Source: a virus
Lineage: Duplodnaviria; Caudoviricetes
Length of the DNA: 30,801 bases
Virus record (IMG/VR): IMGVR_UViG_3300026907_000015
Coordinates: 1-30,801 of that record
Reading direction: 5' to 3' (one strand)
Part shown: positions 17,441 to 25,693 of the stretch, in pieces
How the letters are laid out: each line of letters begins with the position of its first letter
Numbering within the stretch: position 1 is the stretch's first letter
Translations under genes and position numbers: made by a program
Notes under the pieces: generated by a model
The model's input: the letters and a program-made list of their open reading frames with translations, nothing else
What the model was told of the DNA's origin: nothing
Database searches by the model: none

Positions 17441-18322
17441 TCAGCAATCCACCTTCATTTCGTCGTCGGCGGCGCCGGTGGTCGCGGGCACATCCTTGCC
17501 CTGGCCTTGATTCAGCGCGGTGTTGAACAGCTTGGTGAGGCCTTCCAGGCCTTCCTGGAGCTTGGCGAACTGCTCAGCGCTCACAGGCTTGGCTTGCTCG
17601 CCCTCGGGCTTGGCGGGGTCAGCAGCCGGCGCGGCAGGTGCGGCGGCCGGTTCGGCCGGTTTCGCGGCAAAGGTGGCGGCGCTCTTTTCCAGGCTGGACG
17701 CCACGGTGCCGAGCTTGTCCACCGCAGCCGTGAAGGCCTCTACGGTTTTCGGATCCATTGGGGTGCTCTCGTCGTCGGGGGTTGCGGGGGATTTCGGCAG
17801 CGGCTTGCCCTGCAGGTGGGCGAACAGCTTGGTGAAAAAGGACAGGGCGGCGTCTTCCTCGGTGGCCGGGTCGATGTCGCCCAGCGGCTCCAGGGCGCCG
17901 CAGTAGTTGCCGGCAGTAACGCGGCGGGAGAAGTGCAGTTCCTGGGTGCCCAGGCTGGCGGGCTCGTCGGTGACGGCCAGGCCGGACAGATACGCCTTGC
18001 CGCTGTCGGCGAAGTTCGGCTTGATCTCCACGCTGGTGAACAGCTTTTGCGCTTCCTTGTTCAGCTGCAGCAGGCGGTCATTGGGCTTGAGCTGCGCGAA
18101 CAGAGCGACCTTGCCGTCTTCCACGTCCTCGGCTTTCAGCGCGGCCACAGTGCCCAGGCTGCCCATGTAGCGAATGTGTTCGTACCAGATCGTGGCGGTG
18201 TAGGTGGCCGGGTTGTAGGTCTCGGCCATGTCGCGCAGTTCCTGCACTTCGATAGTGCGACCGTCGATGGTCTTGCCGCTGGTGGCGACTCGTTTCCAGT
18301 CGGTGACGAGGGTTCGGGGCAT
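17441..18322 (-). CDS. Capsid scaffolding protein/protease (gpO-like)
   Basis: ATSGKTIDGR, LFTSVE and YLSGLAVTDEPASLGT motifs. Confidence 0.95.
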   Translation of the reverse strand: MPRTLVTDWKRVATSGKTIDGRTIEVQELRDMAETYNPATYTATIWYEHIRYMGSLGTVAALKAEDVEDGKVALFAQLKPNDRLLQLNKEAQKLFTSVEIKPNFADSGKAYLSGLAVTDEPASLGTQELHFSRRVTAGNYCGALEPLGDIDPATEEDAALSFFTKLFAHLQGKPLPKSPATPDDESTPMDPKTVEAFTAAVDKLGTVASSLEKSAATFAAKPAEPAAAPAAPAADPAKPEGEQAKPVSAEQFAKLQEGLEGLTKLFNTALNQGQGKDVPATTGAADDEMKVDC

Positions 18323-18329
18323 GGGTTCG

Positions 18330-18484
18330 GTTCGCTGGTGGGTGGGTCAGACACCGCCACCATAGGCACCGATCAGAACCTAAACAAACACTTCAAAATC
18401 GTGTTCTAACTATTTGAAAGAAATAGGAATAACTAGAAACGATAGACGACGTTTAAGGTCAGTTCGCCGCATAGACTGCGGCCC
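18330..18484. promoter_or_regulatory. Divergent late promoter region (scaffold / terminase)
   Basis: AT-rich intergenic; -10-like TAGACT (18472-18477, +) and TATGGT (18364-18359, -); no good -35, consistent with Ogr-activated promoters. Confidence 0.6.
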
Positions 18485-20539
18485 ATGCCATACGCCACCG
18501 AAGTGAAAGAAGCCGCCAAGCGCCTGTATCTACGCCGCTGCAAACCGCGTGAGATTCAGGCCCAGCTCGGCCTGCCCAATGTCCGGATCGTCTACTACTG
18601 GATCGCCAAAGGCGGCTGGGACGAGATGCTGACGGACGAGGAACCCCTGGCCGCTGTCAGCCGGCGGATCACCCTGTTGCTGGAGAAGCCCGGCACCCTG
18701 GCCAAGGCCGAGCTGGACGAGCTGGACAGGCTCACCACGCTGCGCGAGCGCCTGCAGAAGCAAGCCGCCAGGCCGGCGCCGGTGCTGGCCGAGGTGCCGG
18801 CAGAAATGCGCGATAGCCAAGGCGGCGAGCGCGGGCGCCGCGACCGTGGCGAGCGTGGCGGCAAGCGGCGCGAGAAGAAGCTGAAGAACGACATCAGCGA
18901 GCTGACCGAAGCGGACTTCCTGGAGCAATTCACCAGCAAGATGTTCGGCTATCAGCAGGAGCTGTTCGCCGCCAAGCGGAACCCGCTCACAGCGCGGATC
19001 CGCAACGTCCTGAAAAGCCGCCAGATTGGCCTGACCTACTACTTCGCCGCCGAAGCCTTCATGGACGCCGTGCTGACCGGCGATAACCAGATGTTCCTGT
19101 CCGCTAGCCGGGCCCAGGCCGAGATTTTCCGCAGCTACATCGTCACCTTCGCCGCCGAGTGGTTCGGGCTCGAACTCAAGGGCAACCCCATCACCCTGAG
19201 CAAAGACGGCAAGCCCTGGGCCGAACTGCGGTTCCTCTCCACCAACAGCGCCACCGCCCAGGGCCACCATGGCCACGTCTACATCGACGAATATTTCTGG
19301 ATCCGCGACTTCGCCAAGCTGGACGGCCTGGCCGGTGCCATGGCCTCGCATGCAAAGTGGCGCAAAACCTACTTTTCCACGCCCAGCGCGGTCACCCACC
19401 AGGCTTACCCGTTCTGGACGGGCGAGGAATTCCGCAACAGCAAGCGGGGCAAGAAACTGGCCAAGGACTGGCCCAGCGAAGCCCAGATCCACGCCGGGGC
19501 GCTGTGCCCGGATGGCCAGTGGCGCAAGGTCATCACCCTGGAAGACGCCATCGCCGGCGGCTGCAACCTGTTCGACATCGACCGGCTGCGCCTGGAGAAC
19601 GACGAAGAGCGCTTCGACCAGCTCTACATGTGCAAATTCATCGACAGCACGCAGAGCGTCTTTTCCCTGGCCGACCTGGAACGCTGCTACTCCGACCGCG
19701 CCCTGTGGGCGGACTATGACCCCGATCCGAAGGCGCAGCGCCCCTTCGGCAACAGCCCGGTGTGGCTCGGCTATGACCCCAGCCGCACGCGCGACGATGC
19801 CACCTGTGTGGTGGTCGCGCCGCCGCTCGAACAGGGCGGCAAGTTCCGCATCCTGGAAAAGCACAGCTGGCGGGGCCACTCGTTCACCTACCAGGCCAGC
19901 CAGGTGAAGAAGCTGTGCGAGCGCTTCAACGTGCAGCACATCGGCATCGACGTGACTGGCGTCGGCTATGGCGTGTTCGACCTGGTGCGCGACTTCTACC
20001 CACGGGCCACGCCGATCCACTACAGCCTGGAAACGAAAAACAGCCTGGTGCTCAAGGCCCAGGACACCATCCAGGGCAGCCGCATCGAATGGGACGCCGG
20101 CTGGAACGACATCGCCGCCGCCTTCCTGACGATCAAGCGCGGCGCCACCGCCAGCGGCCAGATCACCTACAGCGCGAGCCGCACCGATGCCACCGGCCAC
20201 GCCGACATCGCCTGGGCCGTCATGCACGCGCTGGCAAACGAACCCCTCAACACCAACAAGCGGCGCCGCAGCCGCTGGTCGACACTCTCACAGGGCAGCC
20301 ATGGCAGAGCACAATCCGGATCAGCAACAGCAACCACAAACGCCCGTTCGGGCCTTCACGTTCGGGGCGCCGGAATCGGTGCTGGCCGGCAACCTGGGCG
20401 AGTACCTGGGCGTGTTCGCCAGCGACGACGGCAGGATCTACACGCCGCCGGTGTCGCGCCGAGGTCTCGCCAGGCTGCTGCGCGCGAACGCCCACCACGG
20501 CGCCATTCCCAAGTTCAAGCGCAACCTGCTGTTGCGTGA
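18485..20539 (+). CDS. Terminase large ATPase subunit (gpP-like)
   Basis: LKSRQIG Walker A, VYIDE Walker B, GYDPS nuclease Asp, GHADIAWA; tail overlaps portal. Confidence 0.95.
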   Translation: MPYATEVKEAAKRLYLRRCKPREIQAQLGLPNVRIVYYWIAKGGWDEMLTDEEPLAAVSRRITLLLEKPGTLAKAELDELDRLTTLRERLQKQAARPAPVLAEVPAEMRDSQGGERGRRDRGERGGKRREKKLKNDISELTEADFLEQFTSKMFGYQQELFAAKRNPLTARIRNVLKSRQIGLTYYFAAEAFMDAVLTGDNQMFLSASRAQAEIFRSYIVTFAAEWFGLELKGNPITLSKDGKPWAELRFLSTNSATAQGHHGHVYIDEYFWIRDFAKLDGLAGAMASHAKWRKTYFSTPSAVTHQAYPFWTGEEFRNSKRGKKLAKDWPSEAQIHAGALCPDGQWRKVITLEDAIAGGCNLFDIDRLRLENDEERFDQLYMCKFIDSTQSVFSLADLERCYSDRALWADYDPDPKAQRPFGNSPVWLGYDPSRTRDDATCVVVAPPLEQGGKFRILEKHSWRGHSFTYQASQVKKLCERFNVQHIGIDVTGVGYGVFDLVRDFYPRATPIHYSLETKNSLVLKAQDTIQGSRIEWDAGWNDIAAAFLTIKRGATASGQITYSASRTDATGHADIAWAVMHALANEPLNTNKRRRSRWSTLSQGSHGRAQSGSATATTNARSGLHVRGAGIGAGRQPGRVPGRVRQRRRQDLHAAGVAPRSRQAAARERPPRRHSQVQAQPAVA

Positions 20540-21296
20540 TTTCCGCGCCTCGGCGGGCTGCAGCGCGCAGACCATGGGCCGGGCCGCTCTCGACTTCGTG
20601 GTGTTCGGCGAGGCCTACTTTCAGCGCCTGCGCAACATCATCGGCCAGGTGCTCGAGCTGCAGCACCTGCCAGCGATCAACATGCGGCGCAAAGTGGGTG
20701 GTGGCTTCGTCATGCTGCAGCCCGGCGGGCAGGAACTGCACTTCGCCGAGGACGAGGTGGAGCACGTCATGGACTATGACGTGGAACAGGATGTGTACGG
20801 GGTGCCCGACTACCTGGGCGGCATGCACTCGCTGTTGCTCAACGAGTCGGCGACCCTGTTCCGCCGCCGCTACTACAACAACGGCGCGCACGCCGGCTTC
20901 ATCTTCTACACCAACGATCCGGATCTGACCGACGAGGACGAGGAACGCCTGCGCGCCCAGATCGAAGGCACCAAGGGCGTGGGCAATTTCCGCTCGATGT
21001 TCGTCAACATCCCCGGCGGTACCGACAAGGCCATTCAGATCATCCCCGTGGGGGACGTGGCCACCAAAGACGAGTTCGAGCGGATCAAGAACATCACCCG
21101 CGCCGATATCATCGCGGCCCACCGGATGAACCCGGCGCTGGCCGGCATCATGCCGGAGAACAGCGCCGGCTTCGGCGATATCGAGAAGATCGACCGGGTG
21201 TACACCAACAACGAGATTCGCCCCATCGCCCAGCTATTCCTCCAGGTGAACGGCACCCTGCGGGCAGATCGACGTATAGGGTTCAACATGACATAA
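20301..21296 (+). CDS. Portal protein (gpQ/PBSX family)
   Basis: YGVPDY.G...LNESATLFRRRYYNNGAH.G and KGVGNFRSMFVNIP motifs. Confidence 0.95.
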   Translation: MAEHNPDQQQQPQTPVRAFTFGAPESVLAGNLGEYLGVFASDDGRIYTPPVSRRGLARLLRANAHHGAIPKFKRNLLLRDFRASAGCSAQTMGRAALDFVVFGEAYFQRLRNIIGQVLELQHLPAINMRRKVGGGFVMLQPGGQELHFAEDEVEHVMDYDVEQDVYGVPDYLGGMHSLLLNESATLFRRRYYNNGAHAGFIFYTNDPDLTDEDEERLRAQIEGTKGVGNFRSMFVNIPGGTDKAIQIIPVGDVATKDEFERIKNITRADIIAAHRMNPALAGIMPENSAGFGDIEKIDRVYTNNEIRPIAQLFLQVNGTLRADRRIGFNMT

Positions 21297-21298
21297 CG

Positions 21299-21320
21299 CC
21301 ACTACATGTTGTGGCACAAT
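21299..21320 (+). promoter_or_regulatory. Palindromic NrdR-box-like site next to extended -10 upstream of ogr
   Basis: CCACTACATGTTGTGG (21299-21314); TG-G-CACAAT (21312-21320). Confidence 0.45.
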
Positions 21321-21355
21321 AGTTCCCACTTGGGTACCTCGGGGGAGGGAATACA

Positions 21356-21610
21356 GTGCGGATCGTATGTCGAGAGTGTCACGGAAAGGCGCGGATCTCG
21401 TCGCGCAACGAGCTGTCGGTGGACTACACCAACCTGTATTGCCTTTGCCTGGAGTGTGGCCACCAGTTCGTGGTGAACCTGGCCTACTCCCACACCACCA
21501 GGCCGGGGGCTAAAGCGGTCGATCAGTTGCTGTTCGACCGCCTGCGAAACATGCCCAGGAATCAGCAGCGGGAGCTGTTCGCGCAGCTCGGCGCTGCCAT
21601 ACCAGCCTGA
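21356..21610 (+). CDS. ogr: Ogr/Delta-like zinc-finger late transcription activator
   Basis: CRECHGKARI...LYCLC.ECGHQF...SHT..P; GGAGG RBS with GTG start. Confidence 0.9.
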   Translation: MRIVCRECHGKARISSRNELSVDYTNLYCLCLECGHQFVVNLAYSHTTRPGAKAVDQLLFDRLRNMPRNQQRELFAQLGAAIPA

Positions 21611-21795
21611 CCTGTGCCGTTCGCCACCTCGTCCAGGTGGCGTAACTGGCACATGCCTAGATCCAACAGCCCCGCCTTTCCGCGTTCTGATAGTTCAACG
21701 CCTGACGCTGCCAGCTCAATGAAAAACGCAAGGCTATTCCGGCTTTCATCGAACTTTTCGCGCAGTGTCTTTAATTCCTTAGCTACAGCACACAT
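21562..21795 (-). CDS. Small hypothetical protein with its own promoter
   Basis: GGAG RBS before ATG; upstream TTGACC-N18-TAAAGT; overlaps the ogr 3' end convergently. Confidence 0.6.
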   Translation of the reverse strand: MCAVAKELKTLREKFDESRNSLAFFIELAASGVELSERGKAGLLDLGMCQLRHLDEVANGTGQAGMAAPSCANSSRC

Positions 21796-21831
21796 CGTTA
21801 CAACTCCGTTTCAGCGTGTGAGAACGGGCAA

Positions 21832-21861
21832 ACTTTACTTATCTAAAAAATGTGCGGTCAA
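21832..21861 (-). promoter_or_regulatory. Sigma70-like promoter for the 77-aa ORF
   Basis: TTGACC (21861-21856)-N18-TAAAGT (21837-21832). Confidence 0.55.
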
Positions 21862-22202
21862 GCACTTTTTTAATGATTGCAAAATCATCGTGCTGGCTGT
21901 TTCGATGGCTGGTTTTGCAATCGACATTCCGAAATGCCACCACGGTCAAGGCCAGCAATGGCGGTGGTTTTCTTCATTTCTTTATTTCTTCAATTCGCCA
22001 GCGAGCGTTCGGAAGATATCTATCTTCGCTAATTAGCGAAAGTACAAAAGCACAAATGGCCTTTTGTTCCTAGCGATGCGCAATCCTACAAATAAGTAAT
22101 TGCTTAATTATGTAAGGCTTATTTACCTGACATTAAACAGAGGCGGAAGGGTTGGCGAACAACGGGACTTATAAGTGGGGATGGTATAATTTCGATATAT
22201 CG

Positions 22203-22231
22203 AAAGAAAAAGGGCGCCGAAGCGCCCTTTT
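22203..22231 (-). terminator. Terminator of early operon (possibly bidirectional)
   Basis: Minus strand GGGCGC-TTCG-GCGCCC (cUUCGg loop) followed by TTTTTCTTT; T-run also on the + strand. Confidence 0.85.
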
Positions 22232-22247
22232 CTGTTTCTGTCATCGG

Positions 22248-22484
22248 TTAAGCCCTGGCGGGCTGCACCTGCGCCATCTTGTCGGCCTGGATCAGCTGCG
22301 ACCTGGCGTTAAGCCAGGCGCGGCGGTCGCCGGGCGTGCCGCTGAAAAACACCGCTCGGCGGCCTTCCTTGCTGAACATCAGATGCAGGTTCCTGGTCTT
22401 GGCGACCATCCAGCCCGCCGCCTCGGCGAAGCTGACCAGGCGCTTTACGTCCTCGCCACAGCCGCGCAGGAAACGGTTACGCAT
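22248..22484 (-). CDS. Orphan HicA-like (dsRBD-fold) protein
   Basis: 78 aa: helix-AGWMVAKTRNLHLMF..EG..AVFFSGTPGDRRAWLNARSQL; start overlaps the upstream stop. Confidence 0.7.
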   Translation of the reverse strand: MRNRFLRGCGEDVKRLVSFAEAAGWMVAKTRNLHLMFSKEGRRAVFFSGTPGDRRAWLNARSQLIQADKMAQVQPARA

Positions 22485-23151
22485 CGGCCACCCCCTCGCT
22501 GATACCAGCTTTCTCGCGTGCCATGCGGTGCTTCTGCTCGGCCCACTCACAGCCGAGGCGCCAGGCTTGCTCCAGGGTTTCGGCGTAGATCCACACGGTG
22601 TTGTAGTAGCCCCAGGAATAGCCGTAGCCGCTGCTGCTGTGGTACTTGCGAACGGGGGTGCCGAACTGGACACCGAAGCCATGAAAGACCATGCGGGCGT
22701 CGTAAGCGTTTTCCCGCAGCACGGCCTGTTCATGGTCACGCTTGCTTTCCCATTCGTCCCGCTCCCAGCCAGACTGCCCCAACACCTCGGCCAGCGGGCC
22801 CAGGCTGGGGTGTGGCAACTGGGGATCCAGTACGGCGTCCACAAACGACTCCAGCGGATCGTCCAGGGATCCCTCGAACGCATCCGTGGCCAGATGGCTA
22901 GCCAGATCGACCACCTGGAGCAATCGCAGCTGCAGTTCCTCGGCCCGGTTGTAGCGGGCCGAGTTGTCGGTGGCGGTGTTGCAGGTGACTGCAGGCGCAG
23001 CCTGCAATTCGATCATCTGGCGTTCAGGGCAGCAGGACAGGTGCCCAGCGCGCCGCAGCACAGCCAGCTGCTGGTCGGGGTCGCGGGTTACAGATCCGCA
23101 CCCAGTGCACTCGTAAATAGGCTTGGGCTCACTGTTCATGATGGGCTCCAT
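22477..23151 (-). CDS. Hypothetical early protein with Cys-rich N-terminus
   Basis: CTGC...SCCPER; coupled within the early operon. Confidence 0.7.
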   Translation of the reverse strand: MEPIMNSEPKPIYECTGCGSVTRDPDQQLAVLRRAGHLSCCPERQMIELQAAPAVTCNTATDNSARYNRAEELQLRLLQVVDLASHLATDAFEGSLDDPLESFVDAVLDPQLPHPSLGPLAEVLGQSGWERDEWESKRDHEQAVLRENAYDARMVFHGFGVQFGTPVRKYHSSSGYGYSWGYYNTVWIYAETLEQAWRLGCEWAEQKHRMAREKAGISEGVADA

Positions 23152-23347
23152 CGGTCAATTCAGGCAGTGAGAAGGTGCAGACGCCGCCGGTTTCGCCTTC
23201 CAGCTCCACCAGGTCGGGGTTATGGCCCAGCTTGGTGGCCAGGTTCTCGGCGGCACGGCGGGCACTCTCGGCGCTACTGGCGGTGGCCTTCTGGCCCTTG
23301 GCACGGGCCACGTAGCTGCCGGCGCTGAGTCGGGTGGTGATGATCAT
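23129..23347 (-). CDS. Hypothetical early protein
   Basis: GGAGG RBS, ATGA overlap with upstream gene. Confidence 0.7.
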   Translation of the reverse strand: MIITTRLSAGSYVARAKGQKATASSAESARRAAENLATKLGHNPDLVELEGETGGVCTFSLPELTDGAHHEQ

Positions 23348-23766
23348 GCCTGCACCTCTTTCAGCTCCAGGGAATCGAAAGTCGGCGGGGCGACATCAGC
23401 GGCGATGCAACGGATGCCGCACCATCCATAGATCTCGTTTTCCTCGCCTTGCGGGCCGAGGCCACCCCAGCCCTCCAACTGCCACACATCCTTCGACCAG
23501 TGCGTGCCGGCAGCTGAGTTGCCTGCGACGAAAAAGGCTCCACCCTGCTCCAGCATGATGCAGATCATCGCCTGCCCGAACAGCCGGATAGCCGTGTGCT
23601 GAGCGTTGCCATTGCACTCGGCCAAGCGTTCTTCTGAGCTTGACCAAAAGTCGTTGATCTCGGTCGCGCGGGCTTCGGTCAGTACATCCAGATCAACCTC
23701 CAAGGTGAGTTCGTAGATGTCCCAGAAATCCGTCACGGTGTAGCGCTTGATGTTGTTGGTGCTCAT
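23344..23766 (-). CDS. DUF2528-like phage protein
   Basis: IKRYTV...EINDFWS...RL...EGW pattern; GGAG RBS. Confidence 0.7.
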   Translation of the reverse strand: MSTNNIKRYTVTDFWDIYELTLEVDLDVLTEARATEINDFWSSSEERLAECNGNAQHTAIRLFGQAMICIMLEQGGAFFVAGNSAAGTHWSKDVWQLEGWGGLGPQGEENEIYGWCGIRCIAADVAPPTFDSLELKEVQA

Positions 23767-23778
23767 GTGAATCTCCGA

Positions 23779-24018
23779 TCAGACAGCGTGCAAAGTGGTA
23801 GGGCGGGGCTTGCTCGGGGCGGCCAGCAGGGTGGCGATCACCCGGGCGTCGTCGGCGGTCAGCTCGCCGCGCTGCTGGGCCTGGGTTGCCAGTTGTTCCA
23901 GATGCTCGCGGGCGGCCTGGCTGCGGTTCACCTGGAAGCCGATCAAGGCCTGGCCCAGCAGGTGGAAGGCGGGTGTGGTAGCCTTCACGGCGCTACCGCG
24001 TGGGTGTTGTGCTTGCAT
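23779..24018 (-). CDS. Hypothetical early protein
   Basis: AAGGAG RBS 7 nt before ATG. Confidence 0.7.
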   Translation of the reverse strand: MQAQHPRGSAVKATTPAFHLLGQALIGFQVNRSQAAREHLEQLATQAQQRGELTADDARVIATLLAAPSKPRPTTLHAV

Positions 24019-24081
24019 CGCATTTCTCCTTTCAGTGGTGGTTGGTGCCGGGGGAGTTGCCGCTCCACCGGCACTTCTCTT

Positions 24082-24333
24082 TCACGCCGCCGGCAGCGCC
24101 GTGGCGGTGAATATCGGGCGCATATCGCGCCGAACCTCGAAAATCCCCAGGTCTTTTCCGTCCACGTCTTGCAGGTGAATCAGCGTCACCAGGGACGGGG
24201 CTTCGCCTTGGCGCTCCCGCCAGAACATGCTGGCGGCCAGCTCGGCCAGATCCTCGGCTGTGGCGTTCTCCAGGTAGACCGAAGGCAGGGGCAGCTCGCC
24301 GCTGATCCCGTTCGCGCCGTAGTAAACGATCAC
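24082..24333 (-). CDS. Hypothetical early protein
   Basis: GTG start in GTGA overlap with upstream stop; GGAGG RBS. Confidence 0.65.
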   Translation of the reverse strand: MIVYYGANGISGELPLPSVYLENATAEDLAELAASMFWRERQGEAPSLVTLIHLQDVDGKDLGIFEVRRDMRPIFTATALPAA

Positions 24334-24683
24334 GTCCGCGCCTCCCGGCCCCACATGGCCACCAGCTCGGCCCAGATGGCCTGCCCGTTGGGCACCCGTT
24401 CGTGGATCTCCACTTCGGGGCTGTAATCCATCATCAGCACGCGCAGGCAGTCCTCGAACTTGCCCAGGTCAAGGCCGCGCAGCTCGGTAAGGTCGAAGCG
24501 GTATTCCGGGCCGTTGTACAGGCCCAGCAGGAAGCGGCCGACGGCGCGGCCCTGGCCGGTCGGCCGCACGGCCACGGGAATCAGCCGGTTAAGCGCCTGC
24601 AGGCCGCTGGTCACCAGGGCATGGCGTTGGGCCTGGTAGGCCTGCTGTTTGGCGATCTGATCGCGCAGGTTGAACTCGTTCAT
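24330..24683 (-). CDS. Conserved phage hypothetical protein
   Basis: TGQGRAVGRFLLGLYNG..YRFDLTELRGLD motif seen in mobile-element proteins; GGAG RBS. Confidence 0.75.
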   Translation of the reverse strand: MNEFNLRDQIAKQQAYQAQRHALVTSGLQALNRLIPVAVRPTGQGRAVGRFLLGLYNGPEYRFDLTELRGLDLGKFEDCLRVLMMDYSPEVEIHERVPNGQAIWAELVAMWGREART

Positions 24684-24697
24684 GGGTGGCTCCGTTC

Positions 24698-25054
24698 TCA
24701 GTTGCTCGGGGCGGGGTGAAAGGTGGCCAGCAGGCCGACCAGCACCTGGAACACCTCGGCGCCCAGGTCGGTGGCGGTCAGTTGGCCGACGTGCAGGCCG
24801 ACCTCGGCCTGCAGCCAGTCAGCGCGCTGCGGGTTGGCCAGGCAGGCCATGGTCAGCAGCAGGGCGCGGCGTGGGGTGTCCAGCGCCTGCAGGCGCTTGA
24901 GCAACAGCGCCAGGCCGGCGCCGCTCACGTCCAGGTCGCGCTGGCCCAGCGGCAGCTCCACCAGCAGCGCGGCGTGCTGCCACCAGCGGGGAAAATCACG
25001 GCCGGTCGCTGAATCCAAGGGGCAGCGGTCGGGGGCTTGAGTGATGGCGTTCAT
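24698..25054 (-). CDS. Hypothetical early protein
   Basis: Start MNAITQ in ATGA overlap; AGGAG RBS. Confidence 0.7.
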   Translation of the reverse strand: MNAITQAPDRCPLDSATGRDFPRWWQHAALLVELPLGQRDLDVSGAGLALLLKRLQALDTPRRALLLTMACLANPQRADWLQAEVGLHVGQLTATDLGAEVFQVLVGLLATFHPAPSN

Positions 25055-25230
25055 CGTCTGCGGTTCTCCTGTTTCAGTCGGTTCAAGCGGGCTCGCATGT
25101 CTTCGCGGAAGGCCTCGCCACGCTTCGGGTGCTCCAGCCACTCGACGATGGCCTGGCGTGTCCAATTGCTCAGAAAGTGGCGGGCCAGGCAGTCGCGGCG
25201 GGTGGCTTCGTCGGGGCTCAGCTCGGCCAT
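25051..25230 (-). CDS. Hypothetical early protein
   Basis: 59 aa from MAELSP; GAGGT RBS. Confidence 0.7.
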   Translation of the reverse strand: MAELSPDEATRRDCLARHFLSNWTRQAIVEWLEHPKRGEAFREDMRARLNRLKQENRRR

Positions 25231-25294
25231 GGCGGGCACCTCACTGGCAGGCGGAAGGGCGCAAAAAAGGAAAACCCCGCGCATGCCCCGGCCA

Positions 25295-25620
25295 CGTCCA
25301 GAACATCCGGAACACGGGGCAGGGGCAGAGTCTTGAGCCCGCGCCGTTCGTGGCTTACAGCGCCCTTAAAATGTTCCGGGGCTACTGGTAACAAGCGGAA
25401 CGCGGTTTTTTGAGATTCCTCCGCAGGCCGCACGGCACTAGGGCTACAGCCATTTGCAGAGAAAGTTGGATTCCGGAACAACGCCAGAACCTGCGTTCCG
25501 GAATTTGTCCCGGTTTGTTTCTGCTTGTTCTCCATTGGGCGGAACAGGTTTACCGCTGTAATGCTCTGATTTTGTTGGTGTTTTTCTTGTGTTTTCTTAA
25601 TGTTCCGAATGTTCTGGATG
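25295..25620. other. Putative replication origin with C(G/A)GAACA iterons
   Basis: Non-coding gap after primase-helicase; about nine copies in both orientations; T-rich tract; 18/20-bp terminal inverted repeat. Confidence 0.65.
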
Positions 25621-25693
25621 TAATTAGGGGATACGCACAAACCACGGCTAGCACTGTCAGGCCTACCCAGGCCCACTTTCATCCCGGCGTTCA

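Noticed and set aside
21614..22073. Plus-strand ORFs 21614..22036 and 21852..22073, and a 30-codon minus ORF (MKKTTAIAG...)
   Set aside because: No convincing RBS or recognisable motifs; region looks regulatory or structured
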